Assembly (NCBI RefSeq): GCF_009914755.1
Contig: NC_060933.1
Direction: 5' to 3' (one strand)
DNA from: the human T2T-CHM13v2.0 reference genome, Homo sapiens
Length of the DNA stretch: 64,000 nucleotides
Positions 16,159 to 31,992 of the stretch are shown piece by piece. Below the pieces are notes generated by a model. That model made no database searches, was not told where the DNA came from, and worked only from the letters and a program-made list of their open reading frames with translations. The position numbers were made by a program, and so were the translations under genes. Numbering within the stretch: the first letter of the stretch is position 1; each line of letters begins with the position of its first letter.

Positions 16159-17570
16159 TAGTTTTTGGTGAAAGCTTGATTATGAACTGGACAGCTTGCA
16201 TGGGAATTCTGTTTTCGCCTTCCTTCTATCTCATATCCCTTGAATGGTTCTTTATCTTAGAACAAGGTAAAAGGGAGGACGTCTGCACTCTAAGAAATAA
16301 AAATTGAAACATGTCATCAGTAATATATTTTCCTTTCCTTAGAATCATAGAATATTAATTAGATTTAGGGAAGGCCTTAATAATCATAAGATAAACTCAA
16401 AGAAATTAAGCACTGAATGAATGTAACCAGCTGATTCAGGGCTCTTTGGGAGGCCTTATCTTTTTGTGTGTGCTAGGAAGTCCACAATTAATTTTTAAAA
16501 ATTAATACAATTTTCTTTTATATGAAACTTACAAATATAGAAGTAATTATCCTTTTTTTATATACTTACATGTAGCTTATAAACAACAGGAATGTATGTC
16601 TCACAGTTCTGGAGGCAGGAGAGTCCAAGATCAAGGCTCAGGCAGATTTGGTGTCTGGCGAGGGCCTGCTTTCTGGTTCATAGATGGCTTTTCACCATGT
16701 CCTCACATGGTGGAAGGGCAGTTATCTTATTTTTATGTGACTATGGAAATCACTTTTTGATTTTCAAAAAATGAAGCCTGATTTTCATTTTTTAAATTAA
16801 AATTAGTGATATTTATATAGAGAAATTTTAAGATAATTACAAAAATGATAGAATATTAGAGGGAAAAATCTATAGATAATGTAGAATTGTCCCTATTATA
16901 AATGAGCACCTATTGTTTGTAGCACCTAAGTGGTTTATTACTAAGTTCCAGAGGAAAAACAAAATCCTAGAATGTCTGATTCATGTTCATTATTGTTTTA
17001 AATGTGTTGTATTTATTTTCTTCACCAGGGGATTAGGAAATTTTATTCTAAAAGTGATTATAGCCATTGGGGAGACCAAGAAGGTTAGGAAATACAACTT
17101 GGGAATTTCTGATTCAAGATGCACTGAGAATTCTCTTAGCTCTTTTCTATTTTAAGAACTCCATAAAACGATATTATCAAAATTTCTAACATACGTAAGC
17201 CTACAATAATCAAGATAATTGAAGAGATTTCAACATATTTTTGAAATAGAGATGACAGATGGAAATGAGTATGAAACCGATGCAGTAGAACAGAGGAAAA
17301 CCATCGCCTAGAATATACACAGGGGAAGCCTACAGCTCAGAGGGTATCTAATCTAACTCCAGAAACAGCTCCATACACAGATATGCATATAGGAAAAAGG
17401 AAGGGAGCTAGAAATGTGACTAACATGGAGGGAGCTCCTTGACAGTTTGTATATGGAAGAGTTGACTCCTAGCCTTACCTTCACTCTCCTGAAATGAGAT
17501 CATTTGGCTTTGAAAAACAGTAAAGTAACTGGGGAGAACTAGGGTAGATAGTGTGGATTTTGCACCCTAG

Positions 17571-17825
<255 letters not shown>

Positions 17826-17829
17826 TAAC

Positions 17830-20640
17830 CATGGTTCACCTGAGAGTTGAGTAAAACTCACAACTTGACAGGGAAAATAAAAGATGAAAAATATGTCCTG
17901 ATAGGACCAGAGCTGATTAAAAGAACAAAAATACTTTAAGAAAAAAACTCTACTTAACATCCTTAGGTTTGTTAAGCACAAGTACAAAAGAAAGATACAG
18001 TGCCTGTAAAAAAGAAATAGGGTGTTGTTTAAAAAGGAATAGCAGAAAGCAAGGGTGGTCTCTTGGAAATTATAATGGTTGAAATAAATTCAGTAGGAAT
18101 TAAGGAAATTTCTCAGTAGATAGAACAGAAAGGCAGGAATGGAAAATACAACAGAAATCATATGCTAGTGAGGTTGCATCTAGGAGGTCTAACATGTTAC
18201 TGTAAGAAATCTCAGAGGACAGAAAAAAATGGATGGAAGGAAATTACAAAAAAAAAAACTATAAGAAAGTTTACCTTAGATAGACACATGTAAGTAGACA
18301 GTCTTCACTGTAAAATTTCAAGATACTGAGGAAAGAAAGAAATCCCAAGAGAAAAATACCGGTCACTTAAAAACCATAAAAACCAGACTTTATTATACTT
18401 CTCATCAGCTACCATGGATCCTGGAATTAGAAAGATACCTCCAAAGTTTTAAAATAATTGACAACCTGGAGATTCCCATCCAGCCAAACTGTCAATCTAA
18501 GTGGGGGCTGAATAGGACATTTTGGACCTCCTGCGCTATACTTTTTCTTGTTATTTGAAAACATAGTCCCGCAAAATGAGGGTATAAACCAAGAAGGAAG
18601 ATAATAGGATATCAGGGATCAGTGGTTTCAGTGTGGAGAGCAGCGGGTCTGGATTTGAGAGGCTTCCATTGGTTGTGTGACTGAGAGCTTAAAAAATCCT
18701 TGAAGCATGTTACTATGTATTAGGCACTGTTAGAATGAGGGAGGGGGAAAGAGAGAGGAGAAAAGAGGGAAGGAGGGAATCAAACTCCAGAGGAGAAAGT
18801 TCTGTTGGCATGAACATAAAACAAATTAAACTATGGCAGATTTTTGAGCTACCACTGATGTACAAAAGGGAAAAAAATCCACTTGAGCTTGTCCGCCCTT
18901 TTCAGTGGCACAGCAGTCGGTGACCACCTATCTAATTTGTTGTACAAACCAGAACACTTTTCAATAGTGTAAGCAGGTGCTGTTAACACTAACATCAAGA
19001 CAAGGGTTGTAAACTGGAACAGTCCAGGGCAACTTAAGATAGGCGGTCACTCTATACAAGGGCTGTGGCACTGAAACTGTATAGAAGGCGGTGTAACCTG
19101 TATATACACAAGAGTTACAATATAACTCTGCAGTAGGCAGTATTAATTTAATCGTAGTAATGGAAATACTGCCGTGGTCTGTAGCTTTGATTATCAATTT
19201 GCATGTGATAGCAAAAATAACTAGCTTGTATCAGATTTAGCACGTATTGGACACTGTTCTAAGTGTTTTGCTTATATTAATTCATTTGATCCTCAGAATA
19301 ACCTGTGGTAGGTGTTACTATTAGTCCTACTTTTCAGAAAAGAAGCTAAATTTAAGTAAGCCCAAGCTGTACTTAAATTTAGAGTTGGATCAGGGATTTG
19401 AGCTTAAGCTTTCTGCCTGTTCTCTTAAACACTGATCTATCTGTCTCTCAAAAAACAAACAGCTCTGCATATAGAACAGAATATAAATATTAACTTTAAC
19501 AGTGTAAAAGCTAAGTTTGGAAGGTGGACACAGGTGGAAAGAAGGGACAAAAGTATACATGTCCCTATTTTACAAAGCAGGGCATTGAGAGAATTTAGAG
19601 TTGATAAACAATTTAAATTTTTAAGTAATGTATATCACTAGAAGTTGAAGAGATCATGACCAATGGAAAAACTAATGGTGATAACAACTTTATTGAGAGG
19701 AGTGGCTATAAGTAAGTAAATAAGTAAGAATGAACCAAACTCTTACTTAGTAAAGCAGGAAGTTAGTAAATAATGTCTAAAATCCGGTCATGTAGTTACC
19801 TAATACGTTATTTAGAACTAGAGAAGGATTAAAAAGAAGAATGGTTGACTTAAACCTCACACACAAAAAAATCCAAGTAGCCCATAAGTATGGAAAAGTG
19901 TTCAGCCATATAGGTAATCAGAGAAAAATGAACTGAAATCAGTATGAGATGCAACTACACTCCTATCAGATTGGCAAAAAATAAAATTTTATAGTGGCAG
20001 GTATTGTAGATCTGGAGTGTAATAAGAATCTTCCACCCTGCTTACACCGGAAGTATAAGTGAGCACACCTACTTTGGAAAGCGTTTAGCATTGTCTATCA
20101 ATGGAAAGTATATAAATACGTTGGGACCCAACAAGTCATCTGAGGGTATATGCACCAGAAAAACAGGTGCAAAAGGGTCCACGTGCATTATTTGTAATAG
20201 TCCAACCTGAAAACAACCCGATGTCCATTAAGAATTAAAAATTAGATTGCATTTGTACACTGAGAAAACTATAAAAGTAATAAAATTGAATGAACAAGAG
20301 CTACAGGCAACAACAGATGAATTGTAAGAACAATGTTGAAAGAAAGAAGATGCAGAAGTGTGCATTCACTATGATTCCCTTTGCATAAAGTTAGAAGTAG
20401 GCAAAACTAGATTGTTAGGGATGCATGCATATAAAGGAAATGATCATTAGGAAAATGAGGACGGTGTTTAATTCTGGGAGAAGGAGAGGGGCTTGTGATG
20501 AGTAGAAGATATGGGGGATTTCAGAGATGCTAGCTAGTTGTACTTGCAAACTTGGGTATATGGCTACATGAGTATTCCCTGATAGTGTGTTTTATGCACT
20601 TTTCAGTATGTATAGCATATTTTGTGATTTAAAAAACCTG
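17830..20640 (+). mobile_element. Degraded ancient L1M fragments (interrupted by MIR and a MITE)
   Basis: A-rich ORF1-like and 3'-end motifs (ACTTTGGAAAG, CAACCCGATGTCCAT, TATGATTCC). Confidence 0.55.
18916..19054. mobile_element. hAT-Blackjack MITE (MER94/MER81-like)
   Basis: terminal inverted repeats GGTGACCACCTATCT / AGATAGGCGGTCACTCTA ~135 bp apart. Confidence 0.6.
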
Positions 20641-20997
20641 CTTAAAGAAATGGTTGCCTCTGGGAAGCTGGATGTGTGAGTGAGGAGGAGATTAACTTTC
20701 ATTTTAAGCTCTTCTCTACTAATTCTGTTCGTATGTTTATTCATTTTGCGTTGATCATATTTTGTACACCAGGCACTCTTCTCAGTTTTATATGTGTGTT
20801 AATTTACTCCTTTCAAGAGCCCTATGATACATGAATTTATCTCCATTTTATAGATGAGGAAATTAAGACCTAGAGTTACTGAACTTGCCCAAGGTTATAC
20901 AGCTGATGGGTAGGGCCAGAACTTTGCCTCAGAGAATCTGAATTTCCAAAAAATAACCTAAAAGAGAAATTTAAGTACTAATTAGTAAGCAAAGAAA

Positions 20998-21037
20998 TGC
21001 ACATTTAAGGAAGACAGTGCACATTTAAGGAAGACAG
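20998..21037. repeat. Perfect 20-bp tandem duplication
   Basis: TGCACATTTAAGGAAGACAG x2. Confidence 0.95.
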
Positions 21038-21567
21038 TAACCTTTTATCTATTAGAGAAAAACACACATTCTGTCTTTAACACACACATAAATCTTATAT
21101 TGGCAGGGATTTTCTTTATTCAGCAATTATTTATTGGTTGTCTGCTTTGTGGTACACATAAATGCTGGGGATAAACACTTAATAAAATATACTTCCTTCT
21201 CTTGAATATCTTGCACTTTAAGTGGGAAGGTAAGTCAACAGAGTAGAGGTGATATATCCAAGTGATAGACTGTTTCATTGCCAGTAGCAGTATAAAATCT
21301 TAGAAATCTTTTGGAAAGCAATTTGGATGTAAGTATTGCAGAGCCTTAAAAATGTTTATTTGCTTTGACCTAAAATTCCTTTTTTATTTATTGCAAGAAA
21401 ATTATTCTAAATATGGGAGAACAAAACCTTCATGCTTAAAAGTGGTTATTTTATCTTATAATGTTGAAAGTTGGAAACAGTCTTGTTAGCCATAAAGGAA
21501 TGATTACATGAACCAGTAAGCTGGCTCAGTAGAATATTTTATTTAGCCCACTAAAAAAGTCAAAGTT

Positions 21568-21868
<301 letters not shown>

Positions 21869-21932
21869 TCAGAGTTATGAGTTCTCTGATTCAGTGTTAA
21901 ATGGAAGAATGTCTAACATAAAATTGGATATA

Positions 21933-22474
<542 letters not shown>

Positions 22475-24048
22475 ACAGGATAACATTTGATATTTCTGGG
22501 GTTGTGTTCCAGAAAAAATATAAACTTTTCCATGGGTAGAAGGGAGAAAGGGGAGCAGCTGTCAGGGAGGAAAATTACTACAACACTTTATCATTAGTCG
22601 TTTTTAAGTAGTGGAATGTTAAGTGATTTTACTTTCTAATTGTTTCATTTCATATTTCCTTATTTTCTTTAAGGAGCATGAATTACTCTTTAAAGGAGTA
22701 ATGAGGAGGGAACTTTCATAAATATGTAACATTATGTTCTCACTTCCTCCACTAGAGGGAGAAACAATTTCATGTAATTGTGCTTTGATGTGATTTTTAG
22801 AACTAGTTAGGAATGGAGGATTTTATTCTTCTTTCTCCAATTGTGATAAGTTTTTTGCTTATTTCCATGTTTGGTTAGAAGTTCTTTGATAACAGTTCTA
22901 AATATTAAAACCATTATATAAATAATAAGTAGAGGAATTTTGCAATTTCTTTTTCCTTTTTCCCATAAAAACTTGGTTGGCTTTAACTGATAATGAAACA
23001 TTAAAGAATTTGTAGTTATTAGGGCATTTACTGATTTTTCAAATGTGTTCTGAGTATAAAAATATATGCCCTTTGAGAAAATTTTTGAAAATCGTGAAAA
23101 ACATTGAGGGAAATAAAAACCACCTCTGCATGGTACACACACCTGGATATTTTGTAATTTGCCCTTTTATCTTAAAAAGATATCAAAATATTTTGTCACA
23201 TCATTGAATGCTCTTCCACATCAGAGAATCTTACTTAGCTTATGGACCATCTCCCAAGAAAAACGACCATTCATTAACTCTGGTTAAGACCCATATCATT
23301 GTTTTTAGTGGCTCCATAGAGCATTTCATCATAGGGATGTGCTATTTTTTTTTTTTTTTTTACCAATCACAATTTGGAGGCTTTTAGTTGTAAACAGTCC
23401 TGTGACATTATGTTGGTAGATAAATCTTTGTCCACATGTTTGGTGATTTCCTTAAGGTAAATTCCCAGACATTGAATTGGTAGTATTTACTAAAGATTAC
23501 TCCAGAAAGTGGCACCAATTTCCTTTTCTAATGTAAGTGTATGGTAGAGTTCCTTCCCTCAACACTCTGGAGGAATTGGAGAATCTCCATCATGTCTAAT
23601 TCCTTTTGTATTTCAATCTTTACCAGAAAGAGCCCTGTCCCTTTTAATTGGTTACTTGACTTTTAATTTGCTGTTACATAATTCAGGTGTGTTAAGTGTG
23701 TTAATAGGGCTTCCTATTATAAGGGATCCACAAATAAGAATAGAATTTCTTTTTCATAGCCTTAATTTTTATTTGACTCAATAAATATATGTGTATGCCT
23801 TCTATGGTGAGCTGTCATAAATTTATTTTGGAAAGAGTGGAAATAAATCTGTAATGTGCGAATCTGATGTTTTTGGTAATTAATTTCCCTAGCATGGTAT
23901 GATATTATACAAGCAGTAGGCTATAATCCTGATATCTGAGTTCACTTCTGGCTCTGTCCCTAAACACTTGGTGAGCTCAACAGCTGGAAGAGTTTTGGGG
24001 ATTATATTGGGAATTAATTATAATATTTACTTTATTACTTAATACTAG

Positions 24049-24150
<102 letters not shown>

Positions 24151-25291
24151 TGAGAGTTTTTTGTTTTGGTTTTGGTTTAACTTTAAGTCATACATACACA
24201 CACTTTATAAACTTTAAAATGAGAAAATATAGTGTATTGCAAATGGTCACAGTATGTTAATGTTTGTATTTACTTATATTTGGTGACCGTGTGATCTGTA
24301 TTCCAAAAAGCATGTTTTTTAAAAATGTAAAAATTGTAGTTTGTTTTCTTTTCCTCTGTTTTTATATGACTGGAGCTTATTTTCTGTTCATGATGCATCA
24401 ATTCAAGAATGCATTTATTAGGCTTATACTGTATATACAATTGCGTAAAAGATGGGGATGAGACTATCTACTGAAGGGGAATTAGGAAAATGAATAAATA
24501 AGGTAAAAGATAATGGAAAACCGGTAAGAATGCAATGAAAGATAAAAATCTATACCATGAGGACTAAATTAGGTGAATGTGCATAAGAGCAGGGCATAAA
24601 CTAGAAAGTTCTACATAACTATAATTTATTATTACAAAGCAAGTTTAAGGAGGAATTTTTGAAAGTATATGCATTGGTTTGAAAGACAGTTAATCATTCA
24701 ATAAAGGTTGAGCACCTGATTGTATAAGGCAAAAGGTGCTTTGTGAACACAGTGGCCTTTCTGAGAAATACTAGAGTTAGACTTATGTGTAGTATTAGAT
24801 AAATAGATTTGGTGTACAGGAGAGTACATATTTTCAAGAAGCAAAGGGGCAATATTGGTAATTGTACAGTTAGTAAATTGGGTATGATTTAGGACTTTTA
24901 AATTTATATATTAAGTATTTTACTGGCAAAAATTAGTCCTTAACAGCCAAATTGTAAAATGCTTACTCTTTATTTCATTGTCTAATTTAAGGGAAACCTT
25001 AAACAGCTAATTTTTAAATATAGAATGATCCAGGTATGTATTTAAGCTGTTAGAAATGTGATCTTTTTGAAAGATAATTAATGAAATACTATTTATATTA
25101 TTTATGTAGGAGGTTTTGTCAGTTATCTCCAGGTTTTGATTGTTATTTAATATGGTCTGTCTTTACTGGTAGAGAGTTAGATTAACTGCAAATTAATTAC
25201 ATTTTTAAAATGTTTTATTTTAGTTTCATATAAACTATTTTGGTGATAATGAGAGAAAATCATGTCACACATTTTCAATCTTCTTTTATAG

Positions 25292-25477
<186 letters not shown>

Positions 25478-25673
25478 TGACATTCGTCCCTCCATGACTT
25501 TAATGGTGTTTTGCTGAGGAACTTGAGCAATTTTTATAGCTTTCTGAAGTCATATTTACTGTGTAATTATAAGTAATACACTTGATTTTTTAAATGTGGA
25601 ATTAATTTTAAAAGAAATGCAAAATGACAAACCTGCCTTGGTTGAGGGCCCAATATGAAAGAGTAAACTTATC

Positions 25674-25807
25674 TGGCTTGGTGGTTTGCACCTGTAATCC
25701 CAGCTACTTGGGAGGCTGAGGCAGGAGGATCACTTGAGCCCAGAAATTCAAGGTTAGCCTGAGCAACATAGCAAGAGCCCATCTCTTAAAAAAAAAAAAA
25801 AAAAAAA
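25674..25807 (+). mobile_element. Alu monomer (FLAM-like)
   Basis: single arm + A tail, flanking AAAGAGTAA repeats. Confidence 0.8.
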
Positions 25808-26512
25808 GAGTAACTTGTAGATAGAGTAATTGGTAGCTGTGATTCTTGTTAAAGACCAAATTGAAGGTAGTTTTAATTGAAAGTATTCAGGAATGTATAG
25901 GAATTTTTCTTTTATTCACTTTGCTTGTTAAATAAGTTTGAATTAAAATTAAGTTTGAGATATTAAAATTGTTATTAATCTGCAGGGTAGATATAGATAT
26001 AGATATGGATCAGTGGTCCTCAACCAAGAATGATTTTGCTGAACGAATATACTGAAAGAAAGAGTTGGAGATAGATAATTGATAGAGTTATGTTTTGTAG
26101 GTGAACGGTTTGGTGAGGAAAGGAACAAACATATTCTTGAGGACTGGAGGAAAGGTGGTATAGATGTGTGGGGATGAAGGTGAGAGGCAGTAGGTGTGTG
26201 GTAGAAATTGCAGCTTCTACTGAGAAGTATATAAAATACGGAATAAGTAAGGAAATGAAGTCAAGAGGTATCTAATACATTGTTGGGGGAAGAGACAGTG
26301 CTTAAAGGATTGGATGATATGATATGGTTTGTCTCAGAGAATAAATGTGGGAAGGTCTGAGAAATTGGGAGGGATGGGGGTGTAGTCTGGAGTAGGATAA
26401 TGGGTTTTAAGATTTTAGAAGTATTTAATGATTGTAGGTTTGGGGAAATGTAAGCTGTTCTTATGTGCTTCTAGTAATCCTTGCCTTTTCCTCCTTTTCT
26501 TCTCTCGACCAG

Positions 26513-26684
26513 GCTTGGGCAGCTTGCCACAATGGCTGGGATAGATCAGTCAGATTTTCAATTACTAGGTCATCCCCAGATGACTTCTACTGTTAGTAAT
26601 CCACCTAAAGAAGAAAAGAAGGCGCTTGAAGATGAAAAACCAGAACCGAAGCAGAATGCCCTAGGGCAAATGCAAAATATCCAG
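26513..26684 (+). CDS. CEP78: CEP78 exon 14 (172 nt; [16 protein letters not shown]...GQMQNIQ)
   Basis: long pyrimidine tract + ccag| acceptor, CAG|gtaaat donor. Confidence 0.93.
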
Positions 26685-26999
26685 GTAAATGAATAGAACA
26701 GAACTTAGTGATTCTACAAGTGATTAGCAAAAAAGGGAATTACTAAGTCAGAGAGAAAAGAATAATGATCTGTGCACATGCTCAGGGACCAGAAGCATCT
26801 TTGGGGTCCTTTCCAAGACTGAGATTAGTAAGTTTGTGCCCATTTCCTTATATTGTATTGTTGTAAATAAAAAATAAGAAAGTTCTTTTGAAACTTTATG
26901 ATTTAAAGTAGACTATCCTCAGTGAAGAAATGAAAGATTAGAGAAATGATTTTCAATTTTCAATTTTATAAATGTCTATTCTATTCATATTCCATCTAG

Positions 27000-27047
27000 G
27001 TTTCTATTTGTATGCAGTCAGCTTACAATGAAGGAACACTAATGAAG
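27000..27047 (+). CDS. CEP78: CEP78 exon 15, 48-nt frame-neutral (likely cassette) exon VSICMQSAYNEGTLMK
   Basis: tctag| acceptor, AAG|gtacaa donor, phase 0-0, open frame. Confidence 0.8.
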
Positions 27048-27582
27048 GTACAAGTACTGATATAGATAATTTTTCAGAATAAGTAATTCATATATAACAG
27101 GCAGTATATTATAGGCATCATCTAGTTATGGGAATGGGAGGGGCAAACCTGTCTGCCACAGGAGTCCCCTGCTGCTTTTCCTCTGGCCTTACTTGGAGCC
27201 CCCATCTGCCATCTCAGCCAGTCTCAGACTGGTCTTGGCAACTGACGACTTGAAAACTCAGTCTACTTATAAATTGGATACTGCTTACATGTGCATAGAG
27301 GATAGGAAAGATACTAATTTTCTTATAGAATAAGGTTCTTTTTTTTTTAATGAGGGAGACATAAATTAGTAATAATTACAGAAAACACAGAAGTCTGAAA
27401 ATGTGCTGGACCTACTCCTGGCTATAGCTAAGTTAAGTTGGCAATCACTTGGCAAGATATAATTAGGGCAAAAATGACCTGGAAATCTTCTAAGATCACA
27501 GAATAACATTGACGTTTTGAACTCGATTTTTAAATGGATGGCTTTGTTTGTCACTAAATTTTTGTTTTGTTTTTCCTTCTAG

Positions 27583-27903
<321 letters not shown>

Positions 27904-28186
27904 TCTGACTGTCCTGAAAACCAGAAAAGCAAAGAAACTAGGGAAACTAGTTCTTTGGTTAATGAACCAATTAAAAGTAGGTCTTTGAAAAAATACGTTT
28001 CTGTCAAGAAAGAAAATAGAATAGTGACTGTTTCATCCAAGACAAATAAAAGTAAATCCAGTCCACTAGAACATTCTGAAAGTGATACTCTTGGATGTGA
28101 TTTTGAATTTCAAGAAAGCATCCATTCTCTATCACACCTTTCATATGACTAAATCTTTTGAAACTATGTTTTTACCTTTAAATTTT

Positions 28187-28192
28187 AATAAA
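28187..28192 (+). terminator. Candidate proximal poly(A) signal for the exon-16-terminal isoform
   Basis: AATAAA followed by U-rich sequence; a second AATAAA lies at 28045-28050. Confidence 0.5.
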
Positions 28193-28619
28193 TTTTCTTA
28201 TGTTTTTATTATGGCATATGGTGTCTTAAAATATAGGATTGGAAGCCACTAAAGGAAGATTTCTCTATACTTTTTATTATAGTGAAATTTTTGGTCTGTT
28301 TTTCCCTTTGATAGTTTACAACATTGATTCAGCAATTGTTTACTGAGGGGCTAGTATGTATAATATCATTCTGGGTGCTATGGCTTTCAGCAGTGAACAA
28401 AACAAAGCCTTTAATCTCAAGGAACTAACATTCTGTGGAGGGAGAAAACAGAACAACAAAGCAGAGTACGATGAATAGAAAGGGATGGGAGTGAATAAAT
28501 GGAATAATTTTACCATTTGGTTAAATTTGGAAATAAATATATATCACATGGCCAGAAGCCATTGACATATTCTAATATATAACCAGAGCAGCAAACATGT
28601 CTAGATGCTTAAGCATGTT

Positions 28620-28790
28620 CATGGATTATAGCAACCCTATAAGATAGGGAACTATTAATATTATTATGTCCATTTTATAGATGAGGTGTCTAAGGAGACA
28701 GATTATGTGAATTGCCCAAAGTTGCACGGCTGTAAATAGGTGGTAGGGCTGGGATCTCAACCAGAACCCATACTTTAATGAGCTATCCTG
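28620..28790 (-). mobile_element. MIR SINE
   Basis: CCATTTTATAGATGAGG...TTGCCCAAAG antisense core. Confidence 0.75.
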
Positions 28791-29819
28791 TTTCACTGTT
28801 AAGAGAGGAACCACTTAAGGAAGATTCTGAGAAAAAAGCCAATGAACACTATAAGTAGAAAAGAGTGGGGCTATCAGAAAGCACACCTGGGTTGAATTTT
28901 TCAAAGGCAGAGTTAGTAAGAGTATGGATATAAATCTTTGGAGTAAATACCCCTCCCTGGTAAAATATGCATAGATAAGTCCTTTCCTACAACCAGACTA
29001 TGACTTGAGAGATGAGATGAGAGAAAAGCTGGAGCGTCAGATTTCTTCTGGATGGTCTTGCCTGATTGTTATCAAAAGGGCTACTACAATACTACTGAGT
29101 TCATTAATCATGGATTGACTTATGGGAATGAAACAATGAACAAGATGTAATCTTGGCTTTTTAACAGTTGAGTGAAGGGGAGATACACAAGCAGATGTCG
29201 TAATACCGTATATTACATTCTATGGTGGAAATGCTGAGGGAGTTTAGTCAGTGTGGGGAAAAAGGAGGAGAGCAGTGGGGCCAAGAAAGGCCAACTAAAG
29301 AGACCAAAGGTCATGTTAATTTCTAAGCTAAGTCTTAAAAGTAATGAGTTACAGGCTGGTGAATAAGAAGGTGAAGGGGAAGGATACTCAGGGCAGAGGG
29401 AATAGCATGAGCAGAAGTACAGAGCCGTGAGTGTGAGTATGTGCGTTTGAGGAACCACAAACACAAGTAGTTGAGAGTTACCGAAATGTCATCAGGCACT
29501 AGCAGATGTCGCTCAAGGAGGCAGCTAGGGGAACAAGATCGAGTCTTATAATCCACGTTGCATGGAGCTGGTTCTTTTTCTTCAGTAAATAATGAGCTAG
29601 TAAAGAATGGAAGTTATATGCTCAGGCTTGCATTTTAGATCATTAGCTTTAGGCTGATACATTAAAGAAGTGTGGAGATCAGTTTTCCACACTTTTCTGA
29701 AGAGCATTTGTCTTTGATTTTTAAATGGGACTTATCCTCCCAATTCCTCTCCTACTGAAATAATTTTTAGACAAACATAAAGGAGACCCTCGCATAAATA
29801 GAATTAAGCAGGTTTCTTT

Positions 29820-30096
29820 TCTTTTCTTTTTTTTTTTTTTTGAGATGGAGTCTTGCTCTGTCGCCCAGGCTGGAGTGCAGTGGTGCGATCTCGGCTCACT
29901 GCAAGCTCCGCCTCAGCCTCCCCAGTAGCTGGGACTAGAGGTGCCCGCCACCATGCCCTGCTAATTTTTTGTATTTTTCGTAGAGACGGGGTTTCACCGT
30001 GTTAGCCAGGATGATCTTGATCTCCTGACCTCGTGATCCACCCACCTTGGCCTCCCAAAGTGCTGGGATTACAGGCGTGAGCTACCATGCCTGGCC
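29820..30096 (-). mobile_element. AluY-like with internal 26-bp deletion
   Basis: TSD GCAGGTTTCTTT at 29808-29819 and 30097-30108. Confidence 0.93.
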
Positions 30097-31981
30097 GCAG
30101 GTTTCTTTACAGTAGTACTTCTCAAGGGTGCTAGAGGCTAATGTTCATTCTGAGTCTTCAAGACAGGCATATGGTATGCAGCCCTTCTCAAATATACTTG
30201 TTTATAGAATCCTTTTTTAATAGGAGTGCCTAACAACTGGTGCCACGAAATGCCAATTTAGTAACTTACGACTTAGCAAGAAGAGAAAGGGATCTAAAAT
30301 AAGGTATAGATGAAGGGAGGGAGTAAGTTTTAATCTTATTTTGGCAATTAAATAAGATTTGGTTATGGGAAGTAAGGAAAAAAGAGGCAGTGGGTGGACT
30401 TGTGTTTCTGTGACTAAGGTTGGGTGGTGGTATCATTGAGGCTGAGAATATGGGATAAAGAACTGCTTTGGAAAGAAGAGTTTAGTTTGGAGCAGGTTGA
30501 ACACATCACCTGCAGATTTCAGGAGGAAATGACTGGTAGATGATTGGATGTACATATGAAGACATGGAAATAAAGAATTTGAAAGTCATCAGCACATATA
30601 AGCAGTAGTTAAAATCATAAAGTTGATGAGAACACAGAATTGTGGGGACTGTCAAGGTTTAAGTGATAAGCAAAGAAAGGATTCTGAGAGAGACAAGTGA
30701 TAAGAGTGTCAAGAAGGAAGAAGTAGAATACAGTGTCACATGGCAGAGAATAAGTGTCCACGGGATTTTGACAGTTAGGTCCCAGGTGACCTTAATGAGA
30801 GCAATTCACTGAATTGGTTGATGAAAATGCCAGATTGCAGTAAATTGAGGGGCAGGAATGCCCTGAGGGGGCAATGAAAACTAGGTATAGGACTACTCTT
30901 TGAAGGAGTTTGGATGATAAGAGGAAATGGAGTTAGCTGAAGAGGAATTTTTTAGACTAAGGACTTAAATGTTTGTAAGGTGAAAGGAAAGAACCAAGTA
31001 AAGAAGGAGAGGCTCATTTATGCAGCAGGATCTCAGACAAGCAGGGACATGAGATACTTTAATGTTCTTAAGACTAAAAGAAACAGATCTGAACAGATGG
31101 GGATGTACATATTTGAATTCTTGATGAACTTGAGATGACTCCCATACATGTAGTGCAAAATGGTTAGATAAGTAACTTAGAGAATCTGGGAAAGAAATAT
31201 GGATTAGAAAATAAAATCAGGGATGGGGTCACATTGTAAAATATGTAAAAGTTATTGTAGAGTTGGGGGATCCTGGGAAGTGTGGACAGAGACAAAAATG
31301 GGAAGAGTTAGAAGTTAAATGAGTTTATACCTGATAACCCCAGTTTTCTTTAACCATGGATTTTTACAAGACCTACACACAATCACATAATTATAGTTTT
31401 AAAATTCTTCCATATTTTACATATATTTTATCAAACATTTAAAACCGTAACATTAAGAGTTATAAATGTGGATATTTTGCTGCTTAATATATACAATTTT
31501 AGCCCTGCAAGTAATTGTTAAACTTTCAATATACCTGAAATAATATCATTTAATTTTGAAATATGGTATTTTCATTTGGTTTAGAGAAAGGTACAAGTGT
31601 GTTCCTTTACTGAGAAATTACTATGCACCTTTACTGAGTACTTACCAGCACATATACAATCTGTATGCAAACAGGACCCTTTTCAGAAAACATTCAGATG
31701 TGATACTGTAGCAAAGAGCTTGTCATCCTGTCTTAAATTCACACATAATTACTAGTGGTCAAAAATCATCACTCTTGCTTGCCCATCCAGTTCTATATCC
31801 AATAATGAGTTCGTCCAATTTCAAATGGGTATTTACAGAATCTCTAATCTCAAGACAGTAACACTTGATTTTCAGAGGATCGGCATGATAGGAGATGATT
31901 GGTTTTTTGAAAAATTCTGATTATAAACTACATGCTGGAACATTAACATGGATGACTGAACACATTCTTTTATGCTTCTAG

Positions 31982-31992
31982 AATCCCATTGA
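31982..31992 (+). CDS. CEP78: CEP78 distal last exon (17), coding part; gives ...KTKTESH*
   Basis: pyrimidine tract + ttctag| acceptor at 31981; phase 1 matches donor 27844 (G+AA TCC CAT TGA); C-terminus ESH recalled for CEP78. Confidence 0.82.
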
